A stretch of DNA of 64,000 nucleotides, taken from the NCBI RefSeq assembly GCF_009914755.1, contig NC_060934.1; one strand, given 5' to 3'. The DNA comes from the human T2T-CHM13v2.0 reference genome, Homo sapiens. The stretch's first letter is position 1. Every line of letters starts with the position of its first letter. The notes beneath the pieces are model-generated. The model searched no databases. It saw only the letters and a program-made list of their open reading frames with translations, and was not told the origin of the DNA. Positions 1 through 29,132 of this stretch are shown piece after piece. Position numbers and translations under genes: made by a program.

Positions 1-986
1 ATAAAATACTTTACTGTTATCATTTATTTCTGATTGTAAAGTAATGATACAATAGATTTAGATCCTCATTTTAGCCATCATTTAATCATGATCATGTACC
101 ACTGAACTTAAAAGTTGGAAAAAAGCAATCTAAATTTCATCTGAGCTCCAATCTCATGTAATTTATAAAATTTTGGAAGAACACAGGTAGGTACTCAGAG
201 TAATCAACTTAGCTTTGGGAGAAGAATTTAATGTTTTATTATCTGCCACAACCATAGCCTGGTGAATTGATTTAAATCATTGAGCTATAACTGCTTTTTG
301 AAGATTTTTTATTTTTCCCCTTCTTGTGAATTAGTAATTAACAAAATGTAAAAATCCAAATTCAATATATAATTTCATGTTATAAAATAAAGGTTACCCA
401 TGAAATATAGTTAATGGTCAAATAAATTCTTTGTTAAGATTGGGGACCTTTGCAATTTGTGAGAAACAGTCACACACACACACAAAGTCTGTAAACAAAG
501 ATAAAATGTTTTTGCTGAATAATGTAATTGTCATTTGCTGCTCCCTTATTGAAAGAAAGGTGTCTGTTTACCTGGATTGTTGCTTAAATCTGCCACAAAT
601 TTGCTACTCAAAACCTTATTTATTATATTATAGCAAATAGGGTAATAATTACTGTCAGAGAAGGGGACATACTTTTTGTAACTCTTTACATTTTTCTTAA
701 AATACAAATTGGTATACAAATTTTGATTTTGAATCTTTCAATTATGTTTTCACTACGTCCCATATATCCTCTAAGTTTTGTCTTTTTCAACTTCAGTATA
801 CAGATTTCAGCAATACTGTAATTTTTTACTGAGTACTTAACATATATGAGAAAAAGATACTTTACAATTTCCACATGCTGTAATGAAATATGTTGAGCTT
901 AGTTTATGTTAACTGCATCTAGTTCTTGCTTGATTTCTTCTTTTTTCCTCTAAAGTTATATTTTATCTTGCAAGTTGTGTATGTAT

Positions 987-1518
987 GTGTATTAGTTATG
1001 TGTTTGTTTAACAAATTATCCAAAATCTTAGTGGATAAAGCAGCAAACATTTATTATCTCACAGTTTCCATGAGTCAGAAATTCAGATAATGCTTAGCTG
1101 CATTCTCTTTGCCTGAATATCTCACAAGGCTAAAATCAAGGTGTCAATTGGGCTATCGTTATTCCAAGGTTCAATCAGTGATGAGTCCACTTTCATAGTG
1201 ACTCAAGTAGCTGTTGGTGGGACTCAGTTCCTCCATGGTTATTCTTAATTGGTGGTTGGCAAGAGGCCTACTTCACTGTTTTACCACATGGATGTTACCC
1301 ATAAAGCATCTCACAACATGGAAGCAGCTTCAACAGGGCTAATAAATAAGAAGGCAAAAAAGAATGTGCAAGAAAAAAGTCAAAGGCTTTTGTCATCTAG
1401 ACTTGGAAGTGATTAAGCTCAAGTGTGATTAATCTCAAGCCAACTATCAAGCTGAAAGGACAGGATATGAATATTAAGAAAAGGGGATCACTGAAAGCCA
1501 TTTAGGAAACTGCCTACA
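987..1518 (-). mobile_element. MLT1-family MaLR LTR (old, degenerate)
   Basis: Typical reverse-strand MLT1 text (aacatttattatctcacagtttccatgagtcagaaattcag...aaggctaaaatcaaggtgtc). Boundaries approximate. Confidence 0.65.
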
Positions 1519-2449
1519 AATTATGTGGATATGGATGTTTTACGAAAATAAAATTCCTTGTCTTAGAGTGGTTTCTTTTTACTTTTTTTCTACATCTAAT
1601 ATTTTAGAACCCAAAACATGGGGATAAAGACAAATTTTAGCATCTTATCCTTAATATTTAGGAGCACAGCATACGTCATGTTGAGGATGCTACTATGCCT
1701 TTACATTATGTTGGAAAGTATATATTCATCTCTGGCTCTCTTTTTTTCTCTCAAGTGATGGTGATTTATAATGTCTAGAATAAAGTATACTTAGAAGCCA
1801 AATTAAAACTGTATTTTATCATATTCGTATAAGCTTACTAAAGTATTACTAAATACTCCTGTTTGCATCTTAATCATCTCCAAACTTTTTTCTCCTACTA
1901 TGGCATCTTTTCATATCTGCATGAACCAAATGTGGCTTTTGAAATAGGAAATTTTGGATGGAATAATAATCCACTATGAAGGAGTCATATAGTTAATGTA
2001 AGGAGAAGGGCTGACTTACAAGATGAGACCTAAATATATTTTTAAATTCTTAAACACTACTATACTTTCTCCTTAATGTACCCACAACATATGTCTCAGA
2101 TTTCAATAGTCCTTGGAGACACATTTTCCTCAAATACCTGAATAAAAAGACAAACCTACAATCTTGCTTTATTATATATAAGAACTTAATAATTTACCAA
2201 GTATTCAAAGATATCCAGGAACATTTATCTTCTTCAAAATATTTCCTGATTTTCACTTGCTATTCCATTTCTCATCTGGATCCAGATCAGAACCTTTACC
2301 TACTTTTCTGCAGGTTACTCACTTCTGGCTTTCTTCGTGCTTGTCTGGCTCTTTTTTAAACACTTCACACTGAGTTGTGGACACCTATCCCTTCTTTTTT
2401 CAAAAGGTCTTTTTTCCCTTCTTTTTTCAGGAGGCAAGGAAGGGGGAGG

Positions 2450-3060
2450 CAGTAGGAAGGACTGAACAGAGAGGAAGAAGTGCGAAATACTCATTTGGAA
2501 CAATGGGAGATTGAATAGACCGGAAAAAGAATGATTAAAGTGAGGACTGCTGGCATGGTCCTGTTTTCTTCCAGCCATGTTTAGTTGCATCGTTGTGGCA
2601 TGGAATAGATGGAGAGCTGAGTTTATCCAGGGCTCCCATCTTACTAAGCAGATAGGAGGTGACAGGGAGGTGGGTGAGTTGAGGAGGTGTGCAAGGGACC
2701 AATGAGAATGGTTGGCCATGGAGTTTAAGCTCGCTCACTAGAGAGGGAAAAGTCATAAAGGAAGGAAGAAACAGTGAAAAGGTAGTAAGATCTGGATTGG
2801 AGGTACTGGTAAGGTTGCAAGAATTTTGTTTCAGGGCAGTATAGGGAGTAACCTGGATAGCTAGGAGGTGGTGGTCAGAGTGGGCTACTGTGGGGTTTGC
2901 AGTCCTTGGACCTGACAAGGTCTAAGGTCTGATCATGGAGGGAGGGGGAAGCTGAGGTAGGGCAGAGGACAGGAGTGGGCTTCATGAGATCAAAAGGATG
3001 TTGGAAGGACTATCTACCCGGATACTGACATCTCCATGAAGTAAGAGGCATAGTGTGAAG
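2450..3060 (-). mobile_element. L2 LINE ORF2 fragment
   Basis: Minus-strand ORFs 2535-2918 (SDHHLL, endonuclease-end motif) and 2315-2719 (EPWINSALHLFHA, resembling L2 ORF2 'PWINP..RLLRA'). Purine-rich plus strand as expected for antisense L2. Confidence 0.65.
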
Positions 3061-3378
3061 AAGTTACAACATCCTAAGCTCTTCACAGATAAGGGAAGCA
3101 TGCACCACGTGGGTAGCCTCTCTTGTCTAGCACCCAGTATATAGCCTATGCAGAGTGAATACCTGGGGGCTGCTGGGGGCGAAAACAAGGTCCCTGTGAC
3201 AGGACCTGAAGCCTGGGGGTCTCGGTGACAGGAGTGGGCCTAGTTTTTTGGTGTAGAATTGAGCCTTGAGTGCACTGGTGGGATCTTATTGAAAGGAACC
3301 CCTCCAAGACTAGAAGAAGATGCATCCTCTGACAATGTAGGCTCTGTAGGCGTCCCAAGTACCTGGGCTGTGGGTTAG

Positions 3379-3897
<519 letters not shown>

Positions 3898-3900
3898 TAA

Positions 3901-4107
<207 letters not shown>

Positions 4108-4129
4108 TAAAGAGAAGGAAGTGGACTCC

Positions 4130-4850
4130 CAGTCGAGCCATAGTCCATTTGTCCCGGGCACGGTGACTCCGGGGTGGCCAGGACCAAATGTGTCTCCTTC
4201 TGGCTTTTGCACCGCACCAACTAATCCGCGGCAGGCCGCACAGCTGCCCTGGCCTTCGCGGAGGACTAAGGCGAGGGCGGTGTACGCTGCTCCGGAGTCC
4301 CACCGCGGGAGTTGAGGCAGCGGATTCCGAGGGCAGGGTGGGGCGGAATCGGGAGGGATGCGGACCCGGTGGAACGCACTGCGCAGACGGCGCCGGCGCC
4401 CGCACACAGCTGTTGACTAGTCTTCCAGCTCTCCCCTGGAAGTCGTCCAGGCGCCGGTCTCTTTTTTCTGCCTTTTTGTTTCCCTCCCCGCGAGTCGGCG
4501 CGACGGTGAATTTCCGTTTCCGGCGGTGTGGAAGCGGACCTGAGGAGTCGCAATTGTGAACAGGTTCGGTGCTGCGGCTGGGGTAGGCGGCAGTGGGGTC
4601 CCTGGCTCTGGGGCACTGGGAAGATCGCGAGTCGTGCGCGTGGGAAGGTCCTTCCCTGGTCCTCCGGGTTATCTTTGCTCCCCAGGAGCAGCATATTTCG
4701 CCTTTAACGGAGGCGTGCCCGGGAGTCGTTGGGAGAGGGAACGGGGTGAATCCCTGCAGAGAGCCTGACGGGGAGGGAAGGTGTCCGGGAGACGTCGTTT
4801 CCTGGCGACGTGGTCCCAGCAGGCGACTCGGACCTGAGCCGAATCTGTTG
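4130..4850 (+). promoter_or_regulatory. ASAH2B: CpG-island promoter and probable non-coding first exon of ASAH2B
   Basis: Dense CpG in an AT-rich background. GC box tggggcgg ~4339-4346, NRF1-like gcactgcgcagacg ~4376-4389, ETS-like ttccgtttccgg ~4512-4523, tcgcga 4625-4630. Candidate donors CAG|GTTCGG (4563/4564) and GGG|GTAGGC (4582/4583). The exact TSS and exon end cannot be read from sequence. Confidence 0.8.
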
Positions 4851-5652
4851 ACCCCAAATTGTGCTTTTCCCACCAAGAGCAAAAGAAAGAGAAACATTAG
4901 TACAGCTTCGGAACTAAAATATAGTAGAGAAGCAACATAACCTCGGAAATCCCACAGCTATTCAGTTTCAAAGCGTTCCTAGTGCCCAGCTCTCCTAACT
5001 CCCGGCCAGTGTTCCTTGACGTTATGGTGATATATAAAGACTTTCTGTTTCCGCTCGTGTTGTGTGTCTGTGGGAAGCCTCTGACTCACTTCTGTGCTCC
5101 AGTAGCACCCTGTGCAGCCTTGCAGTGTATCCCTTATTGCACGGAAGGTACTAGTTTGGATTTCCTCTGCAAGTCAGATCATAGCTATATCCATTCACTG
5201 GCACAGTGGCTAGCACATCATAGATAGACCAAACATTTATTAAACGGAATTAATACAGGACCTTAATTGAATGAAATGGCACCCTTTCCCGCTTTTTTTC
5301 AATCAAGCTGTCAGATTTTATGCAGCCTGATATTCTTAAAAAACTCACTAATTCAGTGATTACCAATTTATTGGCCACAGATTCCCAGGTACCTCAGAAA
5401 TCACTGGAAGGGTCTCTGTAAGTCCATGGGGTCTCCAGGCATCATTTAGAACCAGTCATATCTCACACATACAGATACTGCTGTTTTTCAAATGTGTGTA
5501 GATGAGTTATAATTCAGGAGTTTTACAGAGGTGACAGGTACTAAAAGTAATACTGCGATCCTATTGGAAGTTCATAAAAACGTTTTAAATTTTTTATTAC
5601 AATTTAAGTTTAAGTTAGGAAACCACTTCATTAGTCCAGTTGATACCTAGGT

Positions 5653-5730
5653 CTGAGCTGTCCAGTATGGTAGCGACATGTGACTGTTTAGAGTTAGAAT
5701 GAAATTAATTAAAAATTCATTTTTTCAGTT
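5653..5730 (+). mobile_element. MER3-like hAT DNA transposon, left part only
   Basis: ctgagctgtccagtatggtagc...catgtgactgttta...gaaattaattaaaaattca resembles the MER3 left end. The matching right terminal repeat is absent. Confidence 0.6.
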
Positions 5731-5745
5731 TCTTTAAGAACATTT

Positions 5746-5839
5746 GTTTAGGGCCACAGGTTTCCAGGCTTAAGGGTGGGGCCTTTGCCAGGGAACCACT
5801 CTCTTCTACCCAGTATTTTCCTGTCTCCTGTCCATATCA
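5746..5839 (-). mobile_element. MER50-like ERV1 LTR, first ~95 bp only
   Basis: Reverse complement reads tgatatggacaggagacaggaaaatactgggtagaagagagtggttccctggcaaaggccccaccc, the recalled MER50 5' end. Truncated at ~5746. Confidence 0.7.
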
Positions 5840-5874
5840 CAGGGATATACTCTGGCAAGTATTACTATTAATTA

Positions 5875-7070
5875 CTTCATTCATTCAACAGATGTATTGT
5901 GACAGATACTGTGCTAGCCACTTTCTGGGGCATAATGATGAAAAGAATCTGTCCCTTCCCTCAAGATCACTGGAAGCCGGGGGTCTAGTAGGAAGACAGA
6001 AAAGAGAACAGATGATTACATTTTCATGAAAGGCATGCACAAGGTGTTATAAAAATAAAGAGAAAGAGCACCAGCCCAGACTGGGTATTTGAGTACTGGG
6101 ACTGTTCAGGAAGATGTAACATCTGTATGAGTTCTTGACAACAAGTGAGAGTTAAGCAAATAAAAAGTAAGAATGTATCCTATATAGAAGAAACGATATA
6201 TGCAAAGGTCCAGAGGGCAGGCACATTGATGGACCACAATTAGTTGAGTAGCATGGAGTAAGTATGCGGAGGGTGATGGTAAGGAGATGGTAGCCAGAGT
6301 GGGAGACACAGGTTAGCTGATGGATAGTCTTGCATGCTATGCTACTGAGCCTTCACTCAGTAAGGAAGGCTTTGGGGGAACTGCAGTAGGATTCTAAGCA
6401 AGAGAATGCTTTGATAAAATTTTGTGATTTAGAAAGGTCAATAGATGGCAGTGTAGAAAATGAATTGGAAGGGCTTGTGTATAGGCAGAGGACTGATTAA
6501 GAAGCCATAGTGTAATTAAGATCTGGGCAAGACATGGACATGCACACTTGAGGGTGAAGGCTGGGAGGAGGGAGAGGATCAAAAAACTACTTATCAGGTA
6601 CTGTGCTTATTACCTGGATGATGAAATAATCTGTATAACCAACCCTCATGACATGTGATTTACCTATATAACAAACCTGCACATGTACCTCTGAACTTAA
6701 TACAAATATAAAAAAAAAGAGATCTGGGTGAGAAATGAGGGTTTGAACTAAGGTGAAATCTATTTGTACCTTAGGAGAAAGTAAGACAGGAAAATGAAAG
6801 ATCTCAGGAGATTTGAAGGAGACAGAATTACCAGATGTGGAGACTGATAGGATACAGGATGAGGGAGAGAGGAGTCTAAGGTAACTGCCGGCTGATCCTC
6901 ACATGGGAGACTGGAAAGATGACATTCGCTGAGATGAGAATGTTGTGGAGGAAGCTGGTATGTCTGAAGTGGTGAGGTTGGTTTTAGATTTGATAACTTT
7001 GAAGTTCCTGTAGAAGAACCAAAGGCCTGGAGGTCAGCTAAAAGATGCATTTGGCTCAATTTCATGGCTT
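5875..7070 (-). mobile_element. L2 3' region, interrupted by an L1 3' fragment
   Basis: cattcattcaacagatgtattg L2 terminus at ~5878, followed by purine-rich degenerate L2 sequence on both sides of the L1 insert. Confidence 0.6.
6537..6719 (+). mobile_element. 5'-truncated old L1PA/L1PB 3' end
   Basis: tataacaaacctgcacatgtacctctgaactta plus an A tail. Imperfect TSD agatctgggcaagacatg (~6519) / agatctgggtgagaaatg (~6720). Confidence 0.8.
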
Positions 7071-7448
7071 TGTGATGGATTAAATGTCTTTCTCCAGTTA
7101 GCACCTTCTAACTATTTATCCAGAAGTTACTAGGACTCTTTATTTTATTTTTCTTCTGATATATGCCCTGGGGGAAAGCACTTATATTACAAGTACTTAT
7201 AATAGACTAAAGCTTAGGAGCTAGCACCGTCTTTCATAGTAAATAGAGTGACAGTCTAAATGGCCTAAGCAGAGAGAACCCACTGCTTTTAACAGGTAGT
7301 CCATAGGAGTCACTTACCTTGGCCAGTAAATGGAAATGCCCATCCTCTTTTGTCATACATAATCTTGAAGATTGTGCCAGTTTTGAATAATGTGAGATGT
7401 CAAGCATCACACTTACCTAAAATGCTACACCTCTGTAAATGGATTTAA

Positions 7449-19306
<11,858 letters not shown>

Positions 19307-19455
19307 TGAAAAGTTGATAGATCATTTAAAGAACAGCTTTACTCTCTACACATTATATAAGTGATTTCAAATGAATGTGAACTAGTGAACTACCATGTTG
19401 ACTTCTATAATCGTCCCTGTTTGGGGACAGATAGTTTACTGCTAATGGGGTGGAG

Positions 19456-19458
<3 letters not shown>

Positions 19459-19494
<36 letters not shown>

Positions 19495-19520
19495 AGAGAG
19501 AGAGAGAGAGAGAGAGAGAG
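19459..19520. repeat. (TG)n(AG)n compound microsatellite in the 3'UTR
   Basis: (TG)15 TA TGTG (AG)13, read directly. Confidence 0.95.
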
Positions 19521-22500
19521 GTTTGTCCCATATATCTTGTTCCAGCAGCCATATATCTTGTGGTCTACAGCCTGAAGCATGATTTCCCTTGAAGTCTTGG
19601 GGTTGTTTAAAGGAGAGTCCCTTCAATATAAAACCTCTGAAATATTAGTGAGAATGGCTCACTAATGTGAACAATGTTTAAATTATTTATTTATATATAG
19701 AATTACTGAATATTAGTACTGGGAAAATTTATAGAAATCATCTAGTCTTACCCTTCATCTTACATATAAGAAAAATGGTCTTTTCTTCTAATCACATTCA
19801 CAAAATATGATATAAACCTTGACCATGAATGTATGAGCCTAATTAGAGAAACAGAAAATCAGCATGTCAGTTTTCCTTCATTCAAAATAACATAGTCTTT
19901 CTAAGCAGTCATTCTGGAGTTAACATGCCTAGTTCAGAGCCGCTGTGGATGCTCAAATCATTTCTGGAATTGCCTTCAGGACACAATTATGAGAAAGTCA
20001 GACTTCCAATATTTTGATCATGCCTTGTGTTTTCCTACGTGTCCTTATCCCACTGGATTGTGTCTCTTACTCCCAAGACTTATTCCAAATGATTTTTTGA
20101 CTCTTTTCATTAATCAAATTCACCCCAAACCAGAAAGTTTTGCCATTAGCGTAGATATTAAAAATATTACTGGCTGGGAAAGCACTCCTCAAAGCAGAGG
20201 TTCTAAATTAATTTATCTGTTCTTTTACCATTTGCTCACTCACTCACTCATGGACCCATTCAATCATAGAATATTTAAGATTTATATGCCCAGAATTATA
20301 ATAGTGCCTAGGCCTTGATAATTAGTGAATTTGTACTTGGGGTGAATGTGTAAGTGTCAAAAGGTAACTATTATGAAGGAGAAAATAATCGATTTAATAT
20401 GTAAATTCTGGGGAGGCATTTAAAAAATCAGTAATCTTCAAGTTATATCTTGTGTATCATCTGTGTTGGATACTCTAATTTGGGGGGAAAGAGGCTCCAG
20501 ACAGTTTGCTAAATACTATTTTGAAAGTTATTTTTGGGCATTGTAAAATACCTTGCTTCATACCCCAAAGAATAAGATATGACAGTCTGACATCGATTGT
20601 CTGAAAGTACTAATTGCATTTAAAATTCTTTAAGTTAACTACAACCTCCCAGACTGCAAAGCAAATTTCCAAACCCCAGGTCATACTTTTGTATGTATGT
20701 AAAAGCTTTAGCATTTTAGGGAAAAAAATCAATCTGTATTTCAAAAATAAACTTTGAGGTTTGAAAATAATAACAATATTAATAATGGTAGTATTAACAT
20801 CTATTATGTATAACTTAATCTCAACATAATTTATTGAATTAGAATGAACCTGGAACACTTTTTGATGAATTGGTATCCTAGAGGCTGTTTCCTTGGGCCT
20901 TAACTGCTGGAGGATTAGGTAATCAGGGATTCCAAGTGTTGTGATCTTTTTTCTGATGATGCCACAGTCTTCAGTGTAAAAGTTCAGAAGCCTAAAAGAA
21001 CAAGTGATCCTGAAAGTAGCTGATTCCAGACAAGAAAATTATATTAGAACTCATGATATGGTTTTTTAAAGTATTTGTTATTACTCAGAAGGGTTCATGA
21101 ATCAGTTTCCACTACCTCTATTCCTTCTATTGAAGCTTTCCTCAAATCTACTTGTGATTCCTGATAGCTCACTGGCAACTGTACCAAGGTGGCCACTGTA
21201 TCATCTACTGATCCTTCTGCACCTAGCACTCTTGGCTCCAGATAACGCACAGAAACCTATTTTCTCACCAGCTGTCATTTCTTCTAGGGCATGCATTTCT
21301 ATGTTCACAGTTCATGTGTAAAAATAAAACCAAATTCCTGGATTATCAATATCAGTTCTTTACCTGTGCATAAAAGAATATCATGAAGTAATTGAACTTA
21401 TCTGTTGATATAAAAACACAGATCCAATTCGTGTCTGTGGATGCTGCAAGGACTGGCTCATTGGAGCCAAACCATGTGGCGGAAACTCCTGAAATTGGTG
21501 GAAAAAGTGGAATATGGCAGATTGGGTAGGTAGGAGAACAATTTTGGAGATTTTGTTTCTTATGTTAAAGTGTCTGCATTTTATTTGCTGTACCCTGCCT
21601 ACTCTGGTTTTAAGGATTTTTTGACTTCTTCGAAAAGCACTGAATAATCTCTTTTCCGGGTCTAGATTTTTTGATGAGTACTGTGTAAAATTGTCAATAT
21701 TCAATGGATTATTTAATAATAAATTAAGAATTACACTCATAAAAGTATTGTCTAATGAAAGGTAATGTAGACAAACGAACACTTTTTTAAAAAAAGAGGT
21801 GGAACAAAAGGTGGTAGATTACATGTAAATTAGGTTGGAAAGTGATACAAATGACTTGTAAATAACCACTGAAGCACAAGGGAACCACTTCTTTATCAGT
21901 TCCTTTCTAACTTCTGAAGATGTACTGCTGGTAAAGCACATGTATGGTTGGCATTTCTTTTATTTTCTTTCTCTTTTTTACTAGTTGGGCAAAAAAATTT
22001 CCTAGGCAGGTAGCTAACTATGAAATTGTTTCATGCGCTAATTCTGAACAAAAAGACCAAGAATGAATTTACTTATGAATGTCCTTTTCTAATGTGCCCT
22101 CTTATGCTTCTCCTCCAATGTAAGCAAGCTTACTGTCTTTTTCTAAGATTAGCGCATGGATTCTATCTTTAGCCAAAAGGTTTCATCACTAGATGAACTT
22201 CTCATGTGTTTAGTTCTTCCAAATGATGCTCTTGCTTCCTGGGTATCCAACCTGACTTGCTGGTTTATATTGGCTTCCAAAATTTTAGAGTGATAGGGTA
22301 TCGGAGAGGGAAATTTGCACATTCCTTATGCAATTTGTTAGTATGCATTCAGCTGTAACTCAGAAAATATTCCTGATCAACATGCATCCAAACACTAAAG
22401 ACATTTATAACCTCACATAGCAGTAAGTCTTGAAGTGATAAATTCAGGTTTGGTGCAGCCACTCAGTGGCTCTTCTTAATATATTGACTTAATTCTTAGG

Positions 22501-23799
22501 CTTATCCTCTTAGCTAAAAGATCGCTACCTCAAGTCTACATATAATTGAATGCGGCAGCAAAATGGGAGGAGAGAGTTCTCTTTATAATCCCCTTTTAGA
22601 AGGTGGAAAATAGTAAGAACACAAGTTGAATTTTCCTTCTATTTCTTTGTTCAGAACTGTGCCACACAGCTACTCTTACCTGCAAGGGAGGCTGGAAAAA
22701 AGAATATTTAGTATTTTGTGCTTCTAGAGAGTGAGGCAAGTTCTGATAGTAAGAAAGAAAAGATAGCCGAAGTAGCTGTCATAAAATTATGTTAGTCAAG
22801 ACAGATTAGTTATGCTACAACATTAGAGATTTATTTCTTGATCTCATGACCTGTCCATTGGGGTTAGCTGAAGGATCTGTTCCACATCTCATTTGAGTTC
22901 ACAGGCTGACAGAGACTTCCATTCTAAACATTCTTCCATTGTGAGGGAACAGGAACAGGTGCTTCCATGATTAGGGGGAAGGGACAGGGAGAATCATGCA
23001 ATAGTTCGTGAAGCTTCCACATTACTGTGCATTTTTCACTGGGCAGGTGACAGAACCAGGATATTTGCAAGCAGCCCTAAAGGTTACCACAGTGGGCAAG
23101 CAATACTATCTGCATATCCAAATTAACTGCTCTTTGAAATAATTAGAACTCGTTTTACTCTAGAAAATATATTTTGGAAAAGAACACACATTGGAATAAT
23201 GATGAAAAAAATTGCTTTCTGTATTGCAAAATGTATACGTTCCTTTAACAGATTTATATCAAGCACCTATATACTTTATGGCAGAAATTATGCTAAATCC
23301 TAAGAATGAAACAATAATGAAGGCAAAGCTATTCCCTGCCAAAAGGAACTTAGAGTTTAACGAACAAAGCAAACGGATGAACAGGTAATTACTGTACAGA
23401 GTGACCCATATTGTTATTGTTCAGGGAATTAGAGAGGGCACCTAATATGGTCTTGGGGATGTTTCAGTAAGTTTCCTGGAAGAAATAACATATAAGCTAA
23501 GACTTAAAAGATATGTAGAAATTAGCTAGAAGGAAGGCAATGGTGTGTGCATGTATGTGTGTATTAGTTTGTGTTTGTGTTTGTGTACTGGGCAAATAGA
23601 CTATTCCATGTAGAGGGAATATTGAGTACTTTATCAAGACTATAGTTAGAGTATAAGGAAAGAGTTGACAGTGAGGCAGCACCAAACTTTACCTTCATAA
23701 ATAGCAATTTGGTTTTATACTTGTATTAGCATTTTTCCCCCTTGAGACTCTTCCCCTATAACATCAATGTCCTTGAGTGTATTTGCCATTTGCTCTAAT

Positions 23800-23805
23800 A
23801 ATAAA
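23800..23805 (+). terminator. ASAH2B: Candidate distal polyadenylation signal (AATAAA)
   Basis: AATAAA hexamers downstream of the stop at 21323, 21718 and 23800 (ATTAAA at 20157). Which is used cannot be determined from sequence. Confidence 0.35.
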
Positions 23806-24730
23806 ATACACTTTCTATAACCAAAAACTTACCTCGACTCCCAGTTTCCAGTACCACTTAGTGTCATCCTTCTGTCTTCAGGGCTATAACCCTGTCCATA
23901 GACAAACCCATGGAATTGAATTTATTAAGAGACTTCTTTTGCTTATGTCAATTTCATATTTCCAAATCTGATTTATTTTGTTTTTTGTTTGTTGTACCTG
24001 CTAAAATGGCAAGTATAGCCAATGAAGACCATTCTCTCCCTTTAGATAGGGTTCAGAGTTCCAGCCTTACAAGTTCATAAATACTTGTGAATACTAAAAA
24101 TTTGAGCCACCCTCATAAAATTCAAAGCATCTTGGCCTGCATACTGCCAAGTTATCAGGGACCCAGCTTCGGTTAGTCCTATTTCTGGATTTTTTTACCA
24201 TAATGAAAAATTAGAAGCCTAGGGGTATGGGGTCAATACTAGCTAGAGGAGAATAGAAGATCTACTATCCCTGTCTGAAATCAGGTATCTGGAAACATTG
24301 ACTTGATCATTTTCTCTGTCTCATTGTATTTTTCATATTCAGTATATTACCCTTTTTTTCCAGACCAAAATAAGCTAAAAGGACAAAAGAACTTAATAAT
24401 CCAGCAATTGCAAGCTTAGGACAAAGTCCAACCACATCCCCTAAATGGCCAAGGGACAGTGGTGATAACATGGAGAAAGACACCCTTAAGTGGAATTTCA
24501 AGAAACTAGTATCTGTGATTTTATAAAGTTGATTCCACTATCATGAGGAGAATACAACCTCTGGAAGGCTTTCCTACACTGTGGACTGTATTGTGCTGAC
24601 TTGTTGCCTGTCTCTTCTCAGTTTCTCTTAATGTCAATAATCCACGAATGCAAGAAATCTCACAGGGACTGGAACTTCATTTATAACCGAGGAACATAAA
24701 TAGGAAGTTGTATAAAGAAAAGAAAGAACT

Positions 24731-28024
<3,294 letters not shown>

Positions 28025-29132
28025 AAAGAAAAGAAAGAACTTGTGCTTTGAAGTCTGGTCAATTTAAGATTACTTAATTTCCTTTGTTTATGAAATAATA
28101 ATAGTAATAATGACCTTCTATAATTGCTATGAGGTTAAGTTAATGTTTATGAGAGGGTATTTTGGAAACTAAGTGGTTCAAATCCTAGTTTCACTATTTA
28201 ACCAATATTAGACCGTGAGTAAATTACTCAGTTTTGTAAAGCCTTTGTTTCTTCCTCTCAGTTGCTTAGTATACAAAAAGAGAACAATAATAGTACTTAC
28301 CTTTTTAGGTTGTGAGATTAAAATAAGGTACAGTTCTTGGCACAGTGCCTGGTGTATGTATGCACTTAATTTACTTAGCTGTTAATTTAGTTAGATGTTA
28401 CTGAGTATTATATGAGATATTGCATGTAAGTATCTGGAAAATTGTAGGAACTAAAAAGTTCTACCATTGAGACTGGAATCATGGTCAGCCATAATGACTA
28501 TGCTTTCCCTGATCTTTTTCAAAGTTGTGCTTTGGCATCCCTGATATTAGTATAGGAAGAGTTAGAATGAGGAGAGAAATTAGTAGAATGGTCTAGACTA
28601 AGAGGTAATGAAGTCAGAACAAGAACAAGAACAATGGCTTTAGGAACAGGTCAGAAAGGTGTGGGTGTATAAAACTCCAGAGTTACAATGGACACAATAT
28701 ACTCATTGACTGGATAAGGTAGGGAGAAGACAGTTACAACCACCCAAACTCTAAAACATTTGGGTTATAGTAATGCTATAAACAAGAGCCAAGGTAAAAG
28801 GAAACAGATTTCAGAGAGATGATGGTAAATCTAGTTTTGGATGTCTGAGACTTTGACAAGATATAGCAAAGTCCAGCACATAGTGGGAAATGTGGAGTAG
28901 AGACACTGGAGAGAAAGTAGGGCAACAGATCAGATATATGGGAAGCATCAAACTTCAAACTGATGGTTGAAATCAAGAAAGTTGATGACTTTGCAAAAGG
29001 GAGGGCATATAAGAAAGAGAAAAGAGATTTGGATGACAGGCCTTTTGGAACCACTTACTTTAAGGAAGATGAACAGAAGCAGGGCCAGAAAGTAATATTA
29101 TTAAGAAGAAACAATTAGAAGAGAAGGGGCAG

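Noticed and set aside
20880-21782. Coding-looking stretch in the 3'UTR (133-aa minus ORF; fragments such as KIGFCALSG) as a processed pseudogene or transposase remnant
   Set aside because: Manual translation in several frames gave no convincing match to a protein I know. A tblastx or Dfam search would be needed.
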